Of a DNA stretch of 64,000 nt, positions 20,918 through 32,497 are shown piece by piece. The stretch is from Methanocaldococcus sp. 28A (GTDB lineage: Archaea; AGJL01; Methanococci; Methanococcales; Methanocaldococcaceae): the NCBI GenBank assembly GCA_049852185.1, contig CP187540.1. One strand, 5' to 3'. The translations under genes and the position numbers were made by a program. Position 1 is the stretch's first letter, and each line of letters starts with the position of its first letter. Below the pieces are notes generated by a model, which was not told where the DNA came from, ran no database searches, and worked only from the letters and a program-made list of their open reading frames with translations.

Positions 20918-21427
20918 TTACTTTTCTAAATCATATTCCCAATATAACGCATCAAATAACAAAGCTACAGGATAAGATATTTTGTCCATATAGGAAGAAG
21001 CATATTTTATTAATTTATAAGCTTCTTCTGGAGTTTTTGGTTTATAGAATGGGATTTCACAAACATCTAACAGTTTTTCAATCCATCTTCCCATAGGTAT
21101 TTGAGCAGGTATTTGCTCTTTCAAATCTCCTCTATGGCTGATTATTAATAATGTAGGGATTTGGAAGGTTTTGTATAATGAAGCAATTGCATTTATTGAA
21201 TTTCCAATCCCTGAATTTTGTAGTAGTATTGCTGTTTTCTTTCCAGCCAAATAAGCTCCAGCACATATTCCAAAAGCTTCTTCTTCTCTTGTAGCTGGCA
21301 TATGGATGAGATTTTTATCTTCATCAATTAATTTTAACAAATTTTTTAGATTTGCACATGGAACAGAGCATATAAAATCTATCTTCGCCTCTTTTAAGGC
21401 ATTGTAGATTGCTAAGCTACCTCTCAT
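20918..21427 (-). CDS. comD: sulfopyruvate decarboxylase alpha subunit
   Basis: SVPC, TREEE, QNSGIGNSIN, SHRG. Confidence 0.95.
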   Translation of the reverse strand: MRGSLAIYNALKEAKIDFICSVPCANLKNLLKLIDEDKNLIHMPATREEEAFGICAGAYLAGKKTAILLQNSGIGNSINAIASLYKTFQIPTLLIISHRGDLKEQIPAQIPMGRWIEKLLDVCEIPFYKPKTPEEAYKLIKYASSYMDKISYPVALLFDALYWEYDLEK

Positions 21428-21584
21428 GTTATCCCTCTACTTTTTCTATTTGGAAATAAATCATAAAGAATATATACTTAATCTTGCTATTTACTATCAA
21501 ACTTTTTATAATTTTACAACATATTTATACTATAAGAAAAATCACATATAAAAAAATTTCTTAAAAGAAACTAAGGTGAAGTTT

Positions 21585-22340
21585 ATGAAAGCTTTTGAAT
21601 TCCTATATGAAGATTTTGACAGAGGATTGACAGTTGTGTTAGACAAAGGTTTGCCACCAAAATTTGTTGAGGATTATTTAAAAGTTTGTGGTGATTATAT
21701 AGATTTTGTAAAGTTTGGGTGGGGTACTTCTGCGGTTATTAATAGAGAGGTTGTTAAAGAAAAAATTAACTACTATAAAGATTTGGGCATTAAAGTTTAT
21801 CCTGGAGGAACATTATTTGAATATGCATACCTTAAAAACAAATTTGATGAATTTTTAAATGAATGTGAAAAACTTGGCTTTGAGGCTATTGAAATCTCTG
21901 ATGGTTCTTCAGATATAAGCTTAGAAGAAAGAAAAAAAGCTATAGAGAAAGCTAAAGATAACGGATTTATAGTTTTAACAGAAGTTGGTAAAAAATTGCC
22001 AGAGAAAGATAGACAATTAACTATAGAGGATAGAATTAAATTAATAAACTTTGATTTAGATGCTGGAGCAAATTACGTTATTATTGAAGGTAGAGAGAGC
22101 GGTAAATGTATAGGACTGTTTGATAAAGAGGGAAAGATAAAGGAAAAGGAATTAGACGTTTTAGCTAAAAATGTAGATATTAAGAAAGTTATCTTTGAAG
22201 CTCCACAAAAGAATCAGCAGGCAGCTTTTATATTAAAGTTTGGTAGTTCAGTTAATTTAGCAAATATTGCCTTTGATGAGGTTATAAGTTTAGAGACTTT
22301 GAGAAGAGGATTGAGAGGAGATACTTTCGGTAAATTATAA
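21585..22340 (+). CDS. comA: phosphosulfolactate synthase
   Basis: KFGWGTS, PGGTLFE, EISDG, EGRESG, LETLRRGLRGDT. Confidence 0.96.
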   Translation: MKAFEFLYEDFDRGLTVVLDKGLPPKFVEDYLKVCGDYIDFVKFGWGTSAVINREVVKEKINYYKDLGIKVYPGGTLFEYAYLKNKFDEFLNECEKLGFEAIEISDGSSDISLEERKKAIEKAKDNGFIVLTEVGKKLPEKDRQLTIEDRIKLINFDLDAGANYVIIEGRESGKCIGLFDKEGKIKEKELDVLAKNVDIKKVIFEAPQKNQQAAFILKFGSSVNLANIAFDEVISLETLRRGLRGDTFGKL

Positions 22341-22399
22341 ATTTAGATTACTATCTAAATTTTTTATTCTATATATAACTTATTTTATATGAATCTTTT

Positions 22400-22480
22400 T
22401 CAAATGTATATTTATAGCTTAATGCCCTTCCAAAAAGAAGAAGTTCATTAATTTTAATAATTAAGATATTTTTGAACTTA
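22400..22480. repeat. Degenerate family-2 palindromic element, reverse orientation
   Basis: Reverse complement has CAAAAATATCTTAATTA...ATGAACTTCTTCTTTTTGGAAGGGCATT, matching 10495-10553. Confidence 0.55.
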
Positions 22481-22516
22481 TAATCTCTCGAAGCTAAAGC
22501 TATAAATGTGATAACT

Positions 22517-23953
22517 ATGAAAACATACATTGGAAAGATTCACTTAAAATGGTGTAAAAATTGTAATATTCCATTATTGGGAAGAGTTTGTGAAGTTTGT
22601 GGCTCAAAAGCTGAAGAAGTAAAATTAACACCCCCTGGAGATCCAAGATTAGGATTTCAATATGATATTGACTTTATAAATAAAGTTATAGAGGAAGAAT
22701 TTGGAGCAAAAAATGTATTAAATGGAAAAATTATTTTGCTAAATAAACTTCCTGGAAATGAGGAAGCTTATGAAGTTATAGTTGATGGTGAAGTCAAATA
22801 TTTAATTTACTTTGATGAAAATAAAGAAAGATGGAAAATTAAGTTAAAATTAAATGGTGCAAAGGATTTGATAAAAAAAGGAGCTTACAAAAAAATAATT
22901 AAAATAAAGAATGATGTTGTGGAGGTTTTGAAAAATAAAAAAGGTTCTGTTTTAAGACCAGGAATAATTGAATTTACAGATGACATTGAAGAGAGAGATG
23001 ATGTAATAATAGTTGATGAATATGATAGGGCTGTTGGTGTTGGATTGGCTGTTGTTTCTTCTGAAGATATAAAAAATATGGAAAAAGGTAAAGTTGTTAA
23101 GGTTAGATTTTTTATTAAAGATGATGAAGAAAATTATGAAACTGGAAAGAGTTATGATAGCTTAGAAAAGGCATTTAATTTAATGGTTAGAGCAAATAAA
23201 GGAGTTATAGATACATTTGAAAGAAATGCTCTTGGATTTATAAAAAACACTTATGAAAGAATAAAAAAGCCAGTTATGGTGGCATTTTCTGGTGGAAAAG
23301 ATAGCTTAACCACATTAATTTTAACATTAAAAGCTTTAGGAAAGAACATTGATGTTATATTTGTTGATACTGGATTAGAATTTGAAGAGACATTAAAAAA
23401 TATTGAAGATGTTGAAAAGCATTATGGCATTAAAATAATAAAATTAAAAGGAGAGGATTTCTGGGAGAAAGTTAAAGAATATGGCATTCCTGCAAGAGAT
23501 TATAGGTGGTGCTCTGATGTTTGTAAATTAGAGCCATTAAAAAAATTTATTGAGGAGAATTATGAGAATGATGTTTTAGCATTTGTTGGAGTTAGGAAAT
23601 ACGAGAGCTTTAATAGAGCCACTAAAAAAAGAGTTCATAGAAATACATACATTAAAAAACAAATAAACGCTCTCCCAATATTCCATTGGACTACTTTACA
23701 TGTCTGGATATATTTATTAAGAGAAAAAGCACCATATAATAAATTGTATGAGAAAGGTTTTGATAGAATTGGTTGTTTCATGTGTCCAGCAATGGAAATG
23801 GGAGAAATGAATAAAATAAAGAAAGAATTCCCAGAGTTGTGGAAAAAATGGGAAAAAATTTTGAGAGAATATGCTGAGAAACATAACTTAGGAGAAGATT
23901 GGATAAATAAGGGACTATGGAGATGGAGGCATAAAAAAGGTGACAAAGAATGA
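22517..23953 (+). CDS. PAPS/APS-reductase-family protein with Zn-ribbon and PUA domains
   Basis: WCKNC...CEVCG, PUA region, AFSGGKDS, RWCSDVCK, RIGCFMCP. Confidence 0.88.
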   Translation: MKTYIGKIHLKWCKNCNIPLLGRVCEVCGSKAEEVKLTPPGDPRLGFQYDIDFINKVIEEEFGAKNVLNGKIILLNKLPGNEEAYEVIVDGEVKYLIYFDENKERWKIKLKLNGAKDLIKKGAYKKIIKIKNDVVEVLKNKKGSVLRPGIIEFTDDIEERDDVIIVDEYDRAVGVGLAVVSSEDIKNMEKGKVVKVRFFIKDDEENYETGKSYDSLEKAFNLMVRANKGVIDTFERNALGFIKNTYERIKKPVMVAFSGGKDSLTTLILTLKALGKNIDVIFVDTGLEFEETLKNIEDVEKHYGIKIIKLKGEDFWEKVKEYGIPARDYRWCSDVCKLEPLKKFIEENYENDVLAFVGVRKYESFNRATKKRVHRNTYIKKQINALPIFHWTTLHVWIYLLREKAPYNKLYEKGFDRIGCFMCPAMEMGEMNKIKKEFPELWKKWEKILREYAEKHNLGEDWINKGLWRWRHKKGDKE

Positions 23954-25041
23954 ATATTGGTGTTGTAGTTCATGGTCCTGAGATTGTGGATAGCGGATAT
24001 GCATTAAAGATTATAAATTTATTAAAAAAATTTGGAAATGTTAAAGCTAAATTAGGAGGCACTATGGGGAAAGTGGCAGTTATAGACAACAACTTACAAG
24101 ATATTATTGACATCTCAGAAAAATTGATGCCATCCCAATCATTAAAAAAATTGGCAGATAATGATATATTAATTTTAATGAACTATGGAAAATCAAAGAT
24201 TACTGGACATACTTTTGGAAAGATTGTTGTTGAAAAATCAAATATAAAAAAACCAATAATTCAGATTGAGAGACCTGGAGAAAAGGATGGAACTATAATT
24301 ATTTGGAATTATGATGGTTCAAAAGTTGTTGAAGATATTGCTAACTATTTATCAAAAGAATTAAATTTAAAGATTGAGAGATGTATAAGTAATGGCTTGG
24401 AGGTTTGGGAAGAAAATGGAAAAATATTTAGGAAAGTTCATGGTGTTGATGTAGGTGAGGCAATATTGGTTAATGGTATTGTTGTTGGAAAAGCTAAAAG
24501 TAGTGAGGTTATTTTAGTTGCTGAGAATGGCAGGATAGTTGATATTATTGGAGGAGAATTAAAAAAAGGAGGAGTTGAAAAATTAACGAATATTGATTTA
24601 AAAAAAGCTGTAATAAAAACAGGAATTTTGAGAAGGCATCCAACAAAACCAAAAATTAAGAATAAAGAGACTGATAAAGGATATGTATTAATTGTTAATC
24701 ACGCTGGAGAGGATGTTATTGAACTGGTTAAAAATAAGGATGTTTTAGCAGTAATAACAATTGGAGATGACACTACAACAATTTGTGGAGATATTTTAGC
24801 AAGATTTGGTATAAAAATTTTGGGCATAACTGATGGGGATAAAGACAATATATTAAAGAATCCTGTTATATTAAAAGGTTCTGTGATATTCTTAATTAAA
24901 AACATGAGAGATGACGACGCTGGGGAAATCTTAAAGAAAAATCTAAATTTAGATAAAAAATATTCTTATGATGGGCTTTTAAATGAGATTAAAAAAATAT
25001 TTAACAATAATAACATCTTTTACAAAGAATTTATCTATTAA
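23950..25041 (+). CDS. DUF2117-family methanogen protein
   Basis: VVHGPEIVDSG, GGTMG, TIGDDTT, GITDGD. Confidence 0.8.
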   Translation: MNIGVVVHGPEIVDSGYALKIINLLKKFGNVKAKLGGTMGKVAVIDNNLQDIIDISEKLMPSQSLKKLADNDILILMNYGKSKITGHTFGKIVVEKSNIKKPIIQIERPGEKDGTIIIWNYDGSKVVEDIANYLSKELNLKIERCISNGLEVWEENGKIFRKVHGVDVGEAILVNGIVVGKAKSSEVILVAENGRIVDIIGGELKKGGVEKLTNIDLKKAVIKTGILRRHPTKPKIKNKETDKGYVLIVNHAGEDVIELVKNKDVLAVITIGDDTTTICGDILARFGIKILGITDGDKDNILKNPVILKGSVIFLIKNMRDDDAGEILKKNLNLDKKYSYDGLLNEIKKIFNNNNIFYKEFIY

Positions 25042-25674
25042 TTAATCCCTAAATACCTCAATAATCTCTGAAATTGGGATTGCTCCTTCCCTAATTGGAG
25101 TTATTTTATTGTTTTCTATTTTGATAATTGTAGAAGGTTTTGAATATTTGCATTTACCTATATCTACTATATAATCTACTTTTTTTAATATTTCTCCATC
25201 TATATCATCTAAAGATGTAGGGCTTTCCTTTCCAGATATATTTGCAGATGTTGTTGTTAATGGCACTATAGATAGCTCTCTAATAACAGGCTCATCTGGA
25301 ATTCTTATACCAATGTAATCTTTAGCTACAATGTCTGGAATTAATGGTTTTTTCTTTAAAATTATCGTTAAAGGACCTGGTAGATATTTATCTATAATTT
25401 TTTTAGCCAACTCATTTATATAAGCATATTTTTCAATCTCTTTTTTATCTTTAACACATATTGATAACGGCTTATTGAAATCTCTTTTCTTTATTTCATA
25501 AACTTTTTTTACTGCATATTCATCTAAGGCGTTTGCTGAAATACCATATAATGTGTCAGTCCCACAGATAATAATCTTTCCATTTAATATCTCCTTTTTT
25601 AAAAAATTTAATATATTTTCCCTTTCCTTCTCATCAAGTTCATAAATTTTTATTATTTTATTTTTCAATTTCAT
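25042..25674 (-). CDS. sua5: threonylcarbamoyl-AMP synthase (TsaC/Sua5)
   Basis: TDTLYG, KKRDFNKPL, PGPLT, TSANISG, REGAI. Confidence 0.94.
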   Translation of the reverse strand: MKLKNKIIKIYELDEKERENILNFLKKEILNGKIIICGTDTLYGISANALDEYAVKKVYEIKKRDFNKPLSICVKDKKEIEKYAYINELAKKIIDKYLPGPLTIILKKKPLIPDIVAKDYIGIRIPDEPVIRELSIVPLTTTSANISGKESPTSLDDIDGEILKKVDYIVDIGKCKYSKPSTIIKIENNKITPIREGAIPISEIIEVFRD

Positions 25675-25868
25675 TGTATCTCCCTTTTAAAATTATAGAG
25701 CTTTTGCAGAAATTAGTGAATTAGTTTTAGTTTATATTATTATATTGATATCTAAAATTCCAGATATTAAATCATAATAATTAAAGTAATCTCAATTGAT
25801 GATGAGTGAAACTATTTATAAAAAGTTTAGTAATTAATTACATAAAATATGAATTTAAGGGAGATATT

Positions 25869-26714
25869 ATGTTGAGAGGTAAAGAAGCAACTTTAGCTGG
25901 GATAATAAGAGTTATCATTGAAGAAGAGCCAGAAACACAGGATGAAATAGCTGAGAAACTTGGAATTAGTAGAAGATACGTTGCTAAGCTTTTAAAGCCA
26001 TTGATTGATGAGAAGATAGTTAAACATCCATATGTTGTAGATATGAGTAAATTGCATAAAATAAATTTAGAATTTGATGAATATATCTTAATGAAAGAGA
26101 TAAAAACAACCTTAGAAAAGATGGAAAAAACTCTTTTAAATAACTTGGATTTAGTTTATACTGCTTTAAAAAATAACGATAAAAAATTAGCTGAAGATAT
26201 AATCATTAAAGATTATGCCCTAAACAAAATGGAGGAAGAGATTAGAATGCTCTTAGGAATGAATGCTTTAAAATATTTGCCAGGAGCTTATGCTAATGCC
26301 TTTGCTACTATAGCCTCAAATCTTGAAAGATTGGGAGATTATATAGCAAACATTGCTGAAGAGGTAGTTCATGGGCTTAGAGTATATGAGGATATTGAGA
26401 ATGAAGTTGAAGAAATCTTTAATATCCTTAGAGAGATGCTAACTGAGGCAATAGATGTTGTTAAAAGTAAGAGGAAAGAAACAAAAATACATGAGCTTGA
26501 AGAGCAGTTGCATAAAAATCTTGAGCTATTGCTAAACAAAGTCTTAAAAAACAAAAGAGAGGATTTAAACTTCTATGTTCAATTTGGTATGTTTTTAAAA
26601 GATATTGAGAGATTTGGAGATAGATGTGTGAATATTGTAGATATTGCTTTAGAATTATATCATAATATACCAAGAAGTCCTATACCTGAGAGGTTGAAAA
26701 GGGGAATGTTATGA
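25869..26714 (+). CDS. HTH + PhoU-domain protein
   Basis: [19 protein letters not shown]; two PhoU repeats ([24 protein letters not shown]). Confidence 0.85.
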   Translation: MLRGKEATLAGIIRVIIEEEPETQDEIAEKLGISRRYVAKLLKPLIDEKIVKHPYVVDMSKLHKINLEFDEYILMKEIKTTLEKMEKTLLNNLDLVYTALKNNDKKLAEDIIIKDYALNKMEEEIRMLLGMNALKYLPGAYANAFATIASNLERLGDYIANIAEEVVHGLRVYEDIENEVEEIFNILREMLTEAIDVVKSKRKETKIHELEEQLHKNLELLLNKVLKNKREDLNFYVQFGMFLKDIERFGDRCVNIVDIALELYHNIPRSPIPERLKRGML

Positions 26715-27328
26715 GGGAGTTTATATTTAAAGCAAATAAAACAGTAACATCATCAGATATAAATTTAAAAGATTTACCAGGAAGTTGTGGAAGGTTAGAC
26801 TTATTATGTAGATGTGTTAGCGATGCATTCTTTTTATCACATGATATAAGGAGGGATGTAATTTTTTATGCGGTTTTATATGGAAAGCCTAATCCACCAG
26901 TTTGTATAAAGTTTGTTGGTAGTGAATTAAAAAAGGTTTCACCAGATGAGAGAAATATAGCTATATTTATAAAAAAAGCCCTTAAAAAATTTGAAGAACT
27001 TGATGAAGATGAAAGAAAGAGCTGGAATCTATCAACACCAGGAATTTATGTAAAGAGATTAGGATTTAGAGATTTAATTTTAGAAAAAATCAATAAAGGA
27101 AAAAATATCTATTATTTACATAAAAATGGAGAAGATGTTGAAAATGTTGAGATAGAAAATCCAGTTTTTATACTTGGAGACCACATAGGAATTGGAGAAG
27201 AGGATGAGAAATTTTTAGATAAGATTAAAGCTAAAAAAATATCCTTATCACCATTAGAGTTGCATGCAAATCATTGTATAACTATAATACATAATGTTTT
27301 GGATAAAAAGAATACTATATCCTTTTAA
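26711..27328 (+). CDS. trmY: tRNA (pseudouridine54-N1)-methyltransferase
   Basis: [28 protein letters not shown] (SPOUT). Confidence 0.94.
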   Translation: MREFIFKANKTVTSSDINLKDLPGSCGRLDLLCRCVSDAFFLSHDIRRDVIFYAVLYGKPNPPVCIKFVGSELKKVSPDERNIAIFIKKALKKFEELDEDERKSWNLSTPGIYVKRLGFRDLILEKINKGKNIYYLHKNGEDVENVEIENPVFILGDHIGIGEEDEKFLDKIKAKKISLSPLELHANHCITIIHNVLDKKNTISF

Positions 27329-27771
27329 CGATAATGACGAATATTATTAAAACATAACATAGACATTTCCTTATCCTCTCCACATATCGGGACTACCATA
27401 TCTATACATTTTGAGGAAAGTATATCATTGCTTATAAATTCATTAAATGATTTTATTTATAACAATTATATATCCTTCAAGACTTTATTCCTTCCCATTT
27501 TTTTCCTATTTTTTTTAGTAACTTTATTCTTTTCTATATAATAATATGACGTTTTTTAAAATAAGTAAAATATATGGTTATAATACTTAACCAAGATATT
27601 TTGTTCTAATAATAATAAAAAAAACCCATTTGTAACATATTTAAAAAATTAAATGCCTATATTTATATTTTTAAAGAGATATTAGCTTATATGGGCTTAT
27701 ATAAAACAAAATAATGATAGTTGAGTTAGTAAATATATCATTAGAGTGGTATTACTTTGGAGGTGAATTTT

Positions 27772-29001
27772 GTGACTAATAGAATAGAAATATCGCCTAC
27801 AACAAGACATGAGGGACATGCTAAATTGATTTTAGAGGTCAATGAAGAAGGGATTGTAAATAAAGCATACTACTTAAATACAACCCCAGTTAGAGGATTT
27901 GAAACAATGTTAAAGGGCAAGCCAGCAGAGTTTGCTCCAATTGCTGTCATGAGAATCTGTGGAATTTGTCAAACTACCCACGGAATTGCTTCTTGTGAAG
28001 CTATAGAAAATGCAATTGAGTGTGAAATTCCAGATGATGGACTATTGTTGAGGGAATTGGTAGGTATTGGAAATAGATTACATTCTCATACATTACATCA
28101 TTTATTAACAATTGATGATTTCTTAAAACCAGAGGAAGCAGAGAAAAAGATTGAATTAATAAAATTAATTCAGAGAATGAGAAAAGTAGGACAATTAGTT
28201 GTAGATATTGTAGGAGGAGAAGGAATACATCCACCAAACATTGTAATTGGTGGAATGAGAACAAACATAACAGAGAGAGCTAAATCAAAGCTATATTATG
28301 CTTTAAGGCAGTTTGAAAAAGACGCCTATGAATTATATGAAAAATACACTGAATTAATTGAAAGATACTTAGAGGAAGTAGGAATACCTGACTTAGGGGC
28401 TCATGAATATCCATATATAGCTACACATACCACTTATGGAGATAGATATGCTATAAACTGGGATGATGTAACTGAAATACCTGCTCAAAGATACTATGAG
28501 GATGAAGAGGCAAGACAGACCACAACAGTTCAAATTCCTTTATATGCAGGAGTTCCTGCTGAAGGAGGTCCAAGAGCAAGAATGGTTAAATTTGGTAACT
28601 TTAGAGCAGGAGGTAGTGCTTTAGACATCAATATTGCAAGAGCTCAAGAAAACTTTGGAGCAGTTTATAGAGCTTTAGAGATTTTAGATGAATTGAATAT
28701 AAACGGAAAGACAAGAGCTGAGGTTGTATATAAGGATGGATTTGGGATAGGTGTTCATGAAGCTCCAAGAGCTACAAACACACACATGGCTGAAGTAGGA
28801 AAGGATGGAAAAATTAAGAGCTATAGGATTATAGCGGCATCAACTTGGAACTTCCCAATTGTTGAGAAGGCAATTGAGGGCTATCCGCATCAGTATGCTG
28901 AAGTTATAATGAGAGCTTATGACATATGAGCTTCATGTGCTACCCATATAATTGTTAAAGATGAAGAGACAAGAGATATCATTGAAGTAAGAAAGTTATA
29001 A
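27772..29001 (+). CDS. fruA: F420-reducing [NiFeSe] hydrogenase alpha subunit; in-frame UGA (28927-28929) = selenocysteine
   Basis: RICGIC; readthrough gives RAYDI-U-ASCATH-IIVKDEETRDIIEVRKL to TAA at 29001; SECIS immediately downstream. Confidence 0.96.
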
Positions 29002-29035
29002 GCCTCAAGGGGAACCCGAAAGGGACCCGAGAGGC
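29002..29035 (+). promoter_or_regulatory. archaeal SECIS element
   Basis: GCCTC-AA-GGG-GAA-CCC-GAAA-GGG-A-CCC-GA-GAGGC: GAA/A internal loop followed by three S-S pairs, in the fruA 3' UTR. Confidence 0.93.
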
Positions 29036-29079
29036 ATATTCTTTGGGGATTTAAAATTAAAATCTTAAAAAAAATAAAA

Positions 29080-29643
29080 ATGAATGAAACTATGAAAGAT
29101 AAAATAAAAGATTATAATAAAGATTATAATGATGAATTGTTTGATTTAACACCGTCCTATCTAAAAAAAGAAATTATGGTATTAGCCTGTGGAAATATAT
29201 TATTTGCTGATGATGGCTTTAGCGTTCATGTCATTGAAAAATTGAATAAAGTCTTAACTGAAAAAGAAAAAGAGAAAATAGCTTTAGTCGATGCTGGAGC
29301 TGGAGCTCCTCAGCAGGTTTTAACATTGATAGATGAAAGCTCAAAAACAAAAAAGATAATTGTCATTGATGTAATTGATTGGGGACTAAAACCTGGAGAA
29401 ATAAAAATAATTGAAAAAGATGAGCTCCCAAATCCAAAATACAATAGATTAGATTCCCATGCATGGCCTTTAGCCCCTCTATTGAGAGAAGTTGCCGAAA
29501 AATACAATATAGAAGTTAAAGTTGTTGGCTGTCAGGCTAAATACATCTCTGAACCTGATGTATATATTGGATTGAGTGAAGAAGTTGAAAAAGCAGTTGA
29601 TAAGGCAGTGGATATAGTTCTTAGAGAGTTAAGAGGTGATTAA
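29080..29643 (+). CDS. fruD: hydrogenase maturation protease FruD/FrhD
   Basis: [23 protein letters not shown]. Confidence 0.93.
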   Translation: MNETMKDKIKDYNKDYNDELFDLTPSYLKKEIMVLACGNILFADDGFSVHVIEKLNKVLTEKEKEKIALVDAGAGAPQQVLTLIDESSKTKKIIVIDVIDWGLKPGEIKIIEKDELPNPKYNRLDSHAWPLAPLLREVAEKYNIEVKVVGCQAKYISEPDVYIGLSEEVEKAVDKAVDIVLRELRGD

Positions 29644-29644
29644 A

Positions 29645-30328
29645 GTGGTTAAAGTTGCTCACATCCAATTGTGCAGTTGTTGTGGTTGTTTAATTTCTTT
29701 GGCAGATACCTATGAAAAGCTTTTGGATGTTTTGAATTCAATTGAGTTAGTTTATTGCCAAACTTTAGCAGATGCAAGAGAGATTCCCGAATGTGACATT
29801 GCTTTAGTTGAAGGTTCAGTATGTTTAGATGACCACCATTCATTGGAAGTTGCTAAGGAAGTTAGAGAAAAAGCAAAGATTGTTGTAGCTTTAGGAGCTT
29901 GTGCCGCAACTGGTGGAGTTACAAGATACTGTAGAGGAAACCAATTATCAAAGCCAGTTCATAGTTCATTCTCTCCATTAACTGAAGTTATTAAAGTAGA
30001 TTTAGCAATTCCAGGTTGCCCACCATCACCAGAGGCAATTGTTTCAGTAATAACAGCTGCGTTAAATGGAGATATGGAATATTTACAACCATTTGCTGAA
30101 TTAGCAGAAAAAGGAAGTGAAGCATGTGGATGTGATGTAATATATAAAGTAGTTAATAAATCCCTATGTATGGGATGTGGAACATGTGCTTCAGCATGTC
30201 CAACAAGAGCTATAGAGATGTTGGATGGAAGACCAAACGTCTTAAAAGAGCTCTGTATTAAATGTGGAGCTTGCTCAGTTCAGTGTCCAAGAATTAGATT
30301 CCCAGAGTTAATTGAGAAGATTGAATAA
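29645..30328 (+). CDS. fruG: F420-reducing hydrogenase gamma subunit
   Basis: [22 protein letters not shown], two ferredoxin motifs. Confidence 0.94.
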   Translation: MVKVAHIQLCSCCGCLISLADTYEKLLDVLNSIELVYCQTLADAREIPECDIALVEGSVCLDDHHSLEVAKEVREKAKIVVALGACAATGGVTRYCRGNQLSKPVHSSFSPLTEVIKVDLAIPGCPPSPEAIVSVITAALNGDMEYLQPFAELAEKGSEACGCDVIYKVVNKSLCMGCGTCASACPTRAIEMLDGRPNVLKELCIKCGACSVQCPRIRFPELIEKIE

Positions 30329-30359
30329 AATAATTATAATTTTTTTGAGGTGGAATGGG

Positions 30360-31208
30360 ATGAATCCTTTTGGAACTTATAAAAAAGTAGTTTCAGCAAG
30401 AAGTACATTAAAAGAAGTTTTAAAGAAAGCACAGGATGGAGGAATTGTTTCAACAGCTTTTATTTATGGTTTAGAGAATAATTTGTTGGATGGAGTTATA
30501 GTTGCAGACAATGCTGGAGAATTTAAAGCCATTCCAAAAGTAGCTACAACACCAGAAGAAGTTTTAGAAGCAGCAGGAACAAAATATACTGTCTGCCCTA
30601 ATATATCAGTATTAAAGAGTGCTGTTAGAGAATATGGATGTGAGAAAATTGGAGTTGTAGGAACACCATGCCAAGTTAGAGCTGTAAGGAAGTTAATGAA
30701 ATATCCTATTGGTTTTAGGCACGTTCCAGATAAAATTGCTTTAATCATTGGAATCTTCTGTATGGAGAACTTCCCATACAATGGATTAAAGTTAATTGTT
30801 GAAGAACACTGTGGAGTTAAGATGGAAGATGTCGTTAAAATGGATATTGGAAAGGGTAAGTTTTGGGTCTATACAAAATGGGGTGAAACAAAAGCAATTA
30901 AATTAAAAGAAACTCATCCTTATGAACAAATCGCTTGCCACGTTTGTACAGATTATACTGCAGAATTGGCAGATATTTCAACAGGTTCAGTTGGAAGCCC
31001 AGATGGATGGAGTACTGTATTTATAAGAACTGCTAAGGGAGAAGAAATATTTAACAAAATGGTAGAAGATGGTTATTTAGAAGTTAAGCCAATAGATGAA
31101 GTTAAACCAGGTTTAGGTTTGGTTAAAAAATTGTCTTTAACTAAGAAAGAGAAAAATATGAAGGAAATCGAGCATAGGCGAGAGTTAGGATTACCAGTAC
31201 CTTACTAA
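30360..31208 (+). CDS. fruB: F420-reducing hydrogenase beta subunit
   Basis: QDGGIVS, AAGTKY, GTPCQ, FCMENF, CHVCTD. Confidence 0.95.
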   Translation: MNPFGTYKKVVSARSTLKEVLKKAQDGGIVSTAFIYGLENNLLDGVIVADNAGEFKAIPKVATTPEEVLEAAGTKYTVCPNISVLKSAVREYGCEKIGVVGTPCQVRAVRKLMKYPIGFRHVPDKIALIIGIFCMENFPYNGLKLIVEEHCGVKMEDVVKMDIGKGKFWVYTKWGETKAIKLKETHPYEQIACHVCTDYTAELADISTGSVGSPDGWSTVFIRTAKGEEIFNKMVEDGYLEVKPIDEVKPGLGLVKKLSLTKKEKNMKEIEHRRELGLPVPY

Positions 31209-31300
31209 AGCATTAAATGCTTTTTTAGATTCTTATTAATCTATTTTAATAAATAAAAAATTAGAAACCATTTTTATTTAATAAAATATAAGGTATTAAC

Positions 31301-32086
31301 TTAGATAACCCTAGTAAAAAACTTTTTAATTTTATCAATAATACTTTTTTCTTTTTTTAGTTTAATTCCTTCTTCAACATAAATAGGAACTCCTGCTATT
31401 ATCGAAGCCAATTTCATATACGCATGAGAAGCTGGAGAGTTCGGTTTATATTCAATAACACTCATCTTTTTTAATGCTCCTGCTCTAACACTTTCATCTT
31501 CTGGAATTTCTACTAAAACTTTACTTTTTATTAGCATTTCTATTTCATCTTTTCTCATTTCCCCAAAATCTCTACCAACTCTATTTAATACGACTCCCAT
31601 TAAAGGCGTTCCAGCCATTTCAGCACTTTCTTTTAATCTAACAGCATCAATAATTGAGAACATCTCTGGAGTAACAACAAGTAAAAGCTTATCAGCAACA
31701 GCAAGATGTGTAGCCATTTCTCTATTTAACCCTGCTGGTGCATCTATAATTACATAATCAAAATCGTCAGCTATCTCATTAATAACATCTGGAAGCAAAT
31801 CAATATCAGATTTTTTATAACCCTCTAAGGATAAACTTGTTGGCAATACATAAACCCCTGTTTTGTGTTTATAAATTGCATCTTTAATCTCAGCTTCTCC
31901 ACTTAAAACCTCATGTAAGGAGGGTTTTTTCTTTTCCATATTAAATAGAATTCCTAAATTAGCCATTGAAATGTCTCCATCAACAGCTAAAACTTTTTTT
32001 CCTAATTTAGAGAGAGCTACAGCCAAAGCTGCTGAAGTAGTGGTTTTTCCTACCCCACCTTTACCGGAAGCAATTGTAATAATCAT
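31301..32086 (-). CDS. minD: MinD-family ATPase
   Basis: ASGKGGVGKTT, DGDISMANL, IDAPAGL. Confidence 0.93.
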   Translation of the reverse strand: MIITIASGKGGVGKTTTSAALAVALSKLGKKVLAVDGDISMANLGILFNMEKKKPSLHEVLSGEAEIKDAIYKHKTGVYVLPTSLSLEGYKKSDIDLLPDVINEIADDFDYVIIDAPAGLNREMATHLAVADKLLLVVTPEMFSIIDAVRLKESAEMAGTPLMGVVLNRVGRDFGEMRKDEIEMLIKSKVLVEIPEDESVRAGALKKMSVIEYKPNSPASHAYMKLASIIAGVPIYVEEGIKLKKEKSIIDKIKKFFTRVI

Positions 32087-32120
32087 AGATATCACATTTA
32101 ATTCTTGCTGATTTTATAGA

Positions 32121-32283
32121 TTTATGCAAAATTATTTATTGAATAAGGCATTAATGAATGTCTTTCTTTTGGAAGACAATCAAATTTTCCTTATAGAGCT
32201 TAGCAGAAATAAATATTAAAAGACATATTGATTCCTAAAGGCATTTAAGTTTCTAACTAAATATATAAAGTACGTAAGTCCTA
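32121..32283. repeat. Truncated family-2 element fused to a degenerate family-1 element
   Basis: TTTATGCAAAA...GAATGTCTTTCTTTTGGAAGACAATC, then TAGAGCTTAGCAG...TACGTAAGTCCTA. Confidence 0.65.
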
Positions 32284-32430
32284 AACTGTTTAGAAACACG
32301 TATAAAGTAAAATTTAAATTTTGTAATATTCATTGTGGGTAGTGTTTTTTATAATTTAATGTTCTACTTCTTAATGTTCATAGTTTATATATGTGAAAAT
32401 TTTTCGAAGACCTTCATAAAAAATGGAAAT

Positions 32431-32450
32431 AACCGAAAAGTTTAAATAAC
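32431..32450 (+). promoter_or_regulatory. BRE/TATA promoter of the histone gene
   Basis: ACCGAAAAG-TTTAAATA about 50 nt upstream of the ATG. Confidence 0.65.
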
Positions 32451-32497
32451 GGGTTTTATAACAACATTTTATTGAAAATCCATTATGAGGTGGTATT

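Noticed and set aside
27757-28929. fruA as a truncated gene or pseudogene
   Set aside because: The UGA sits at the Sec ligand position and a SECIS follows.
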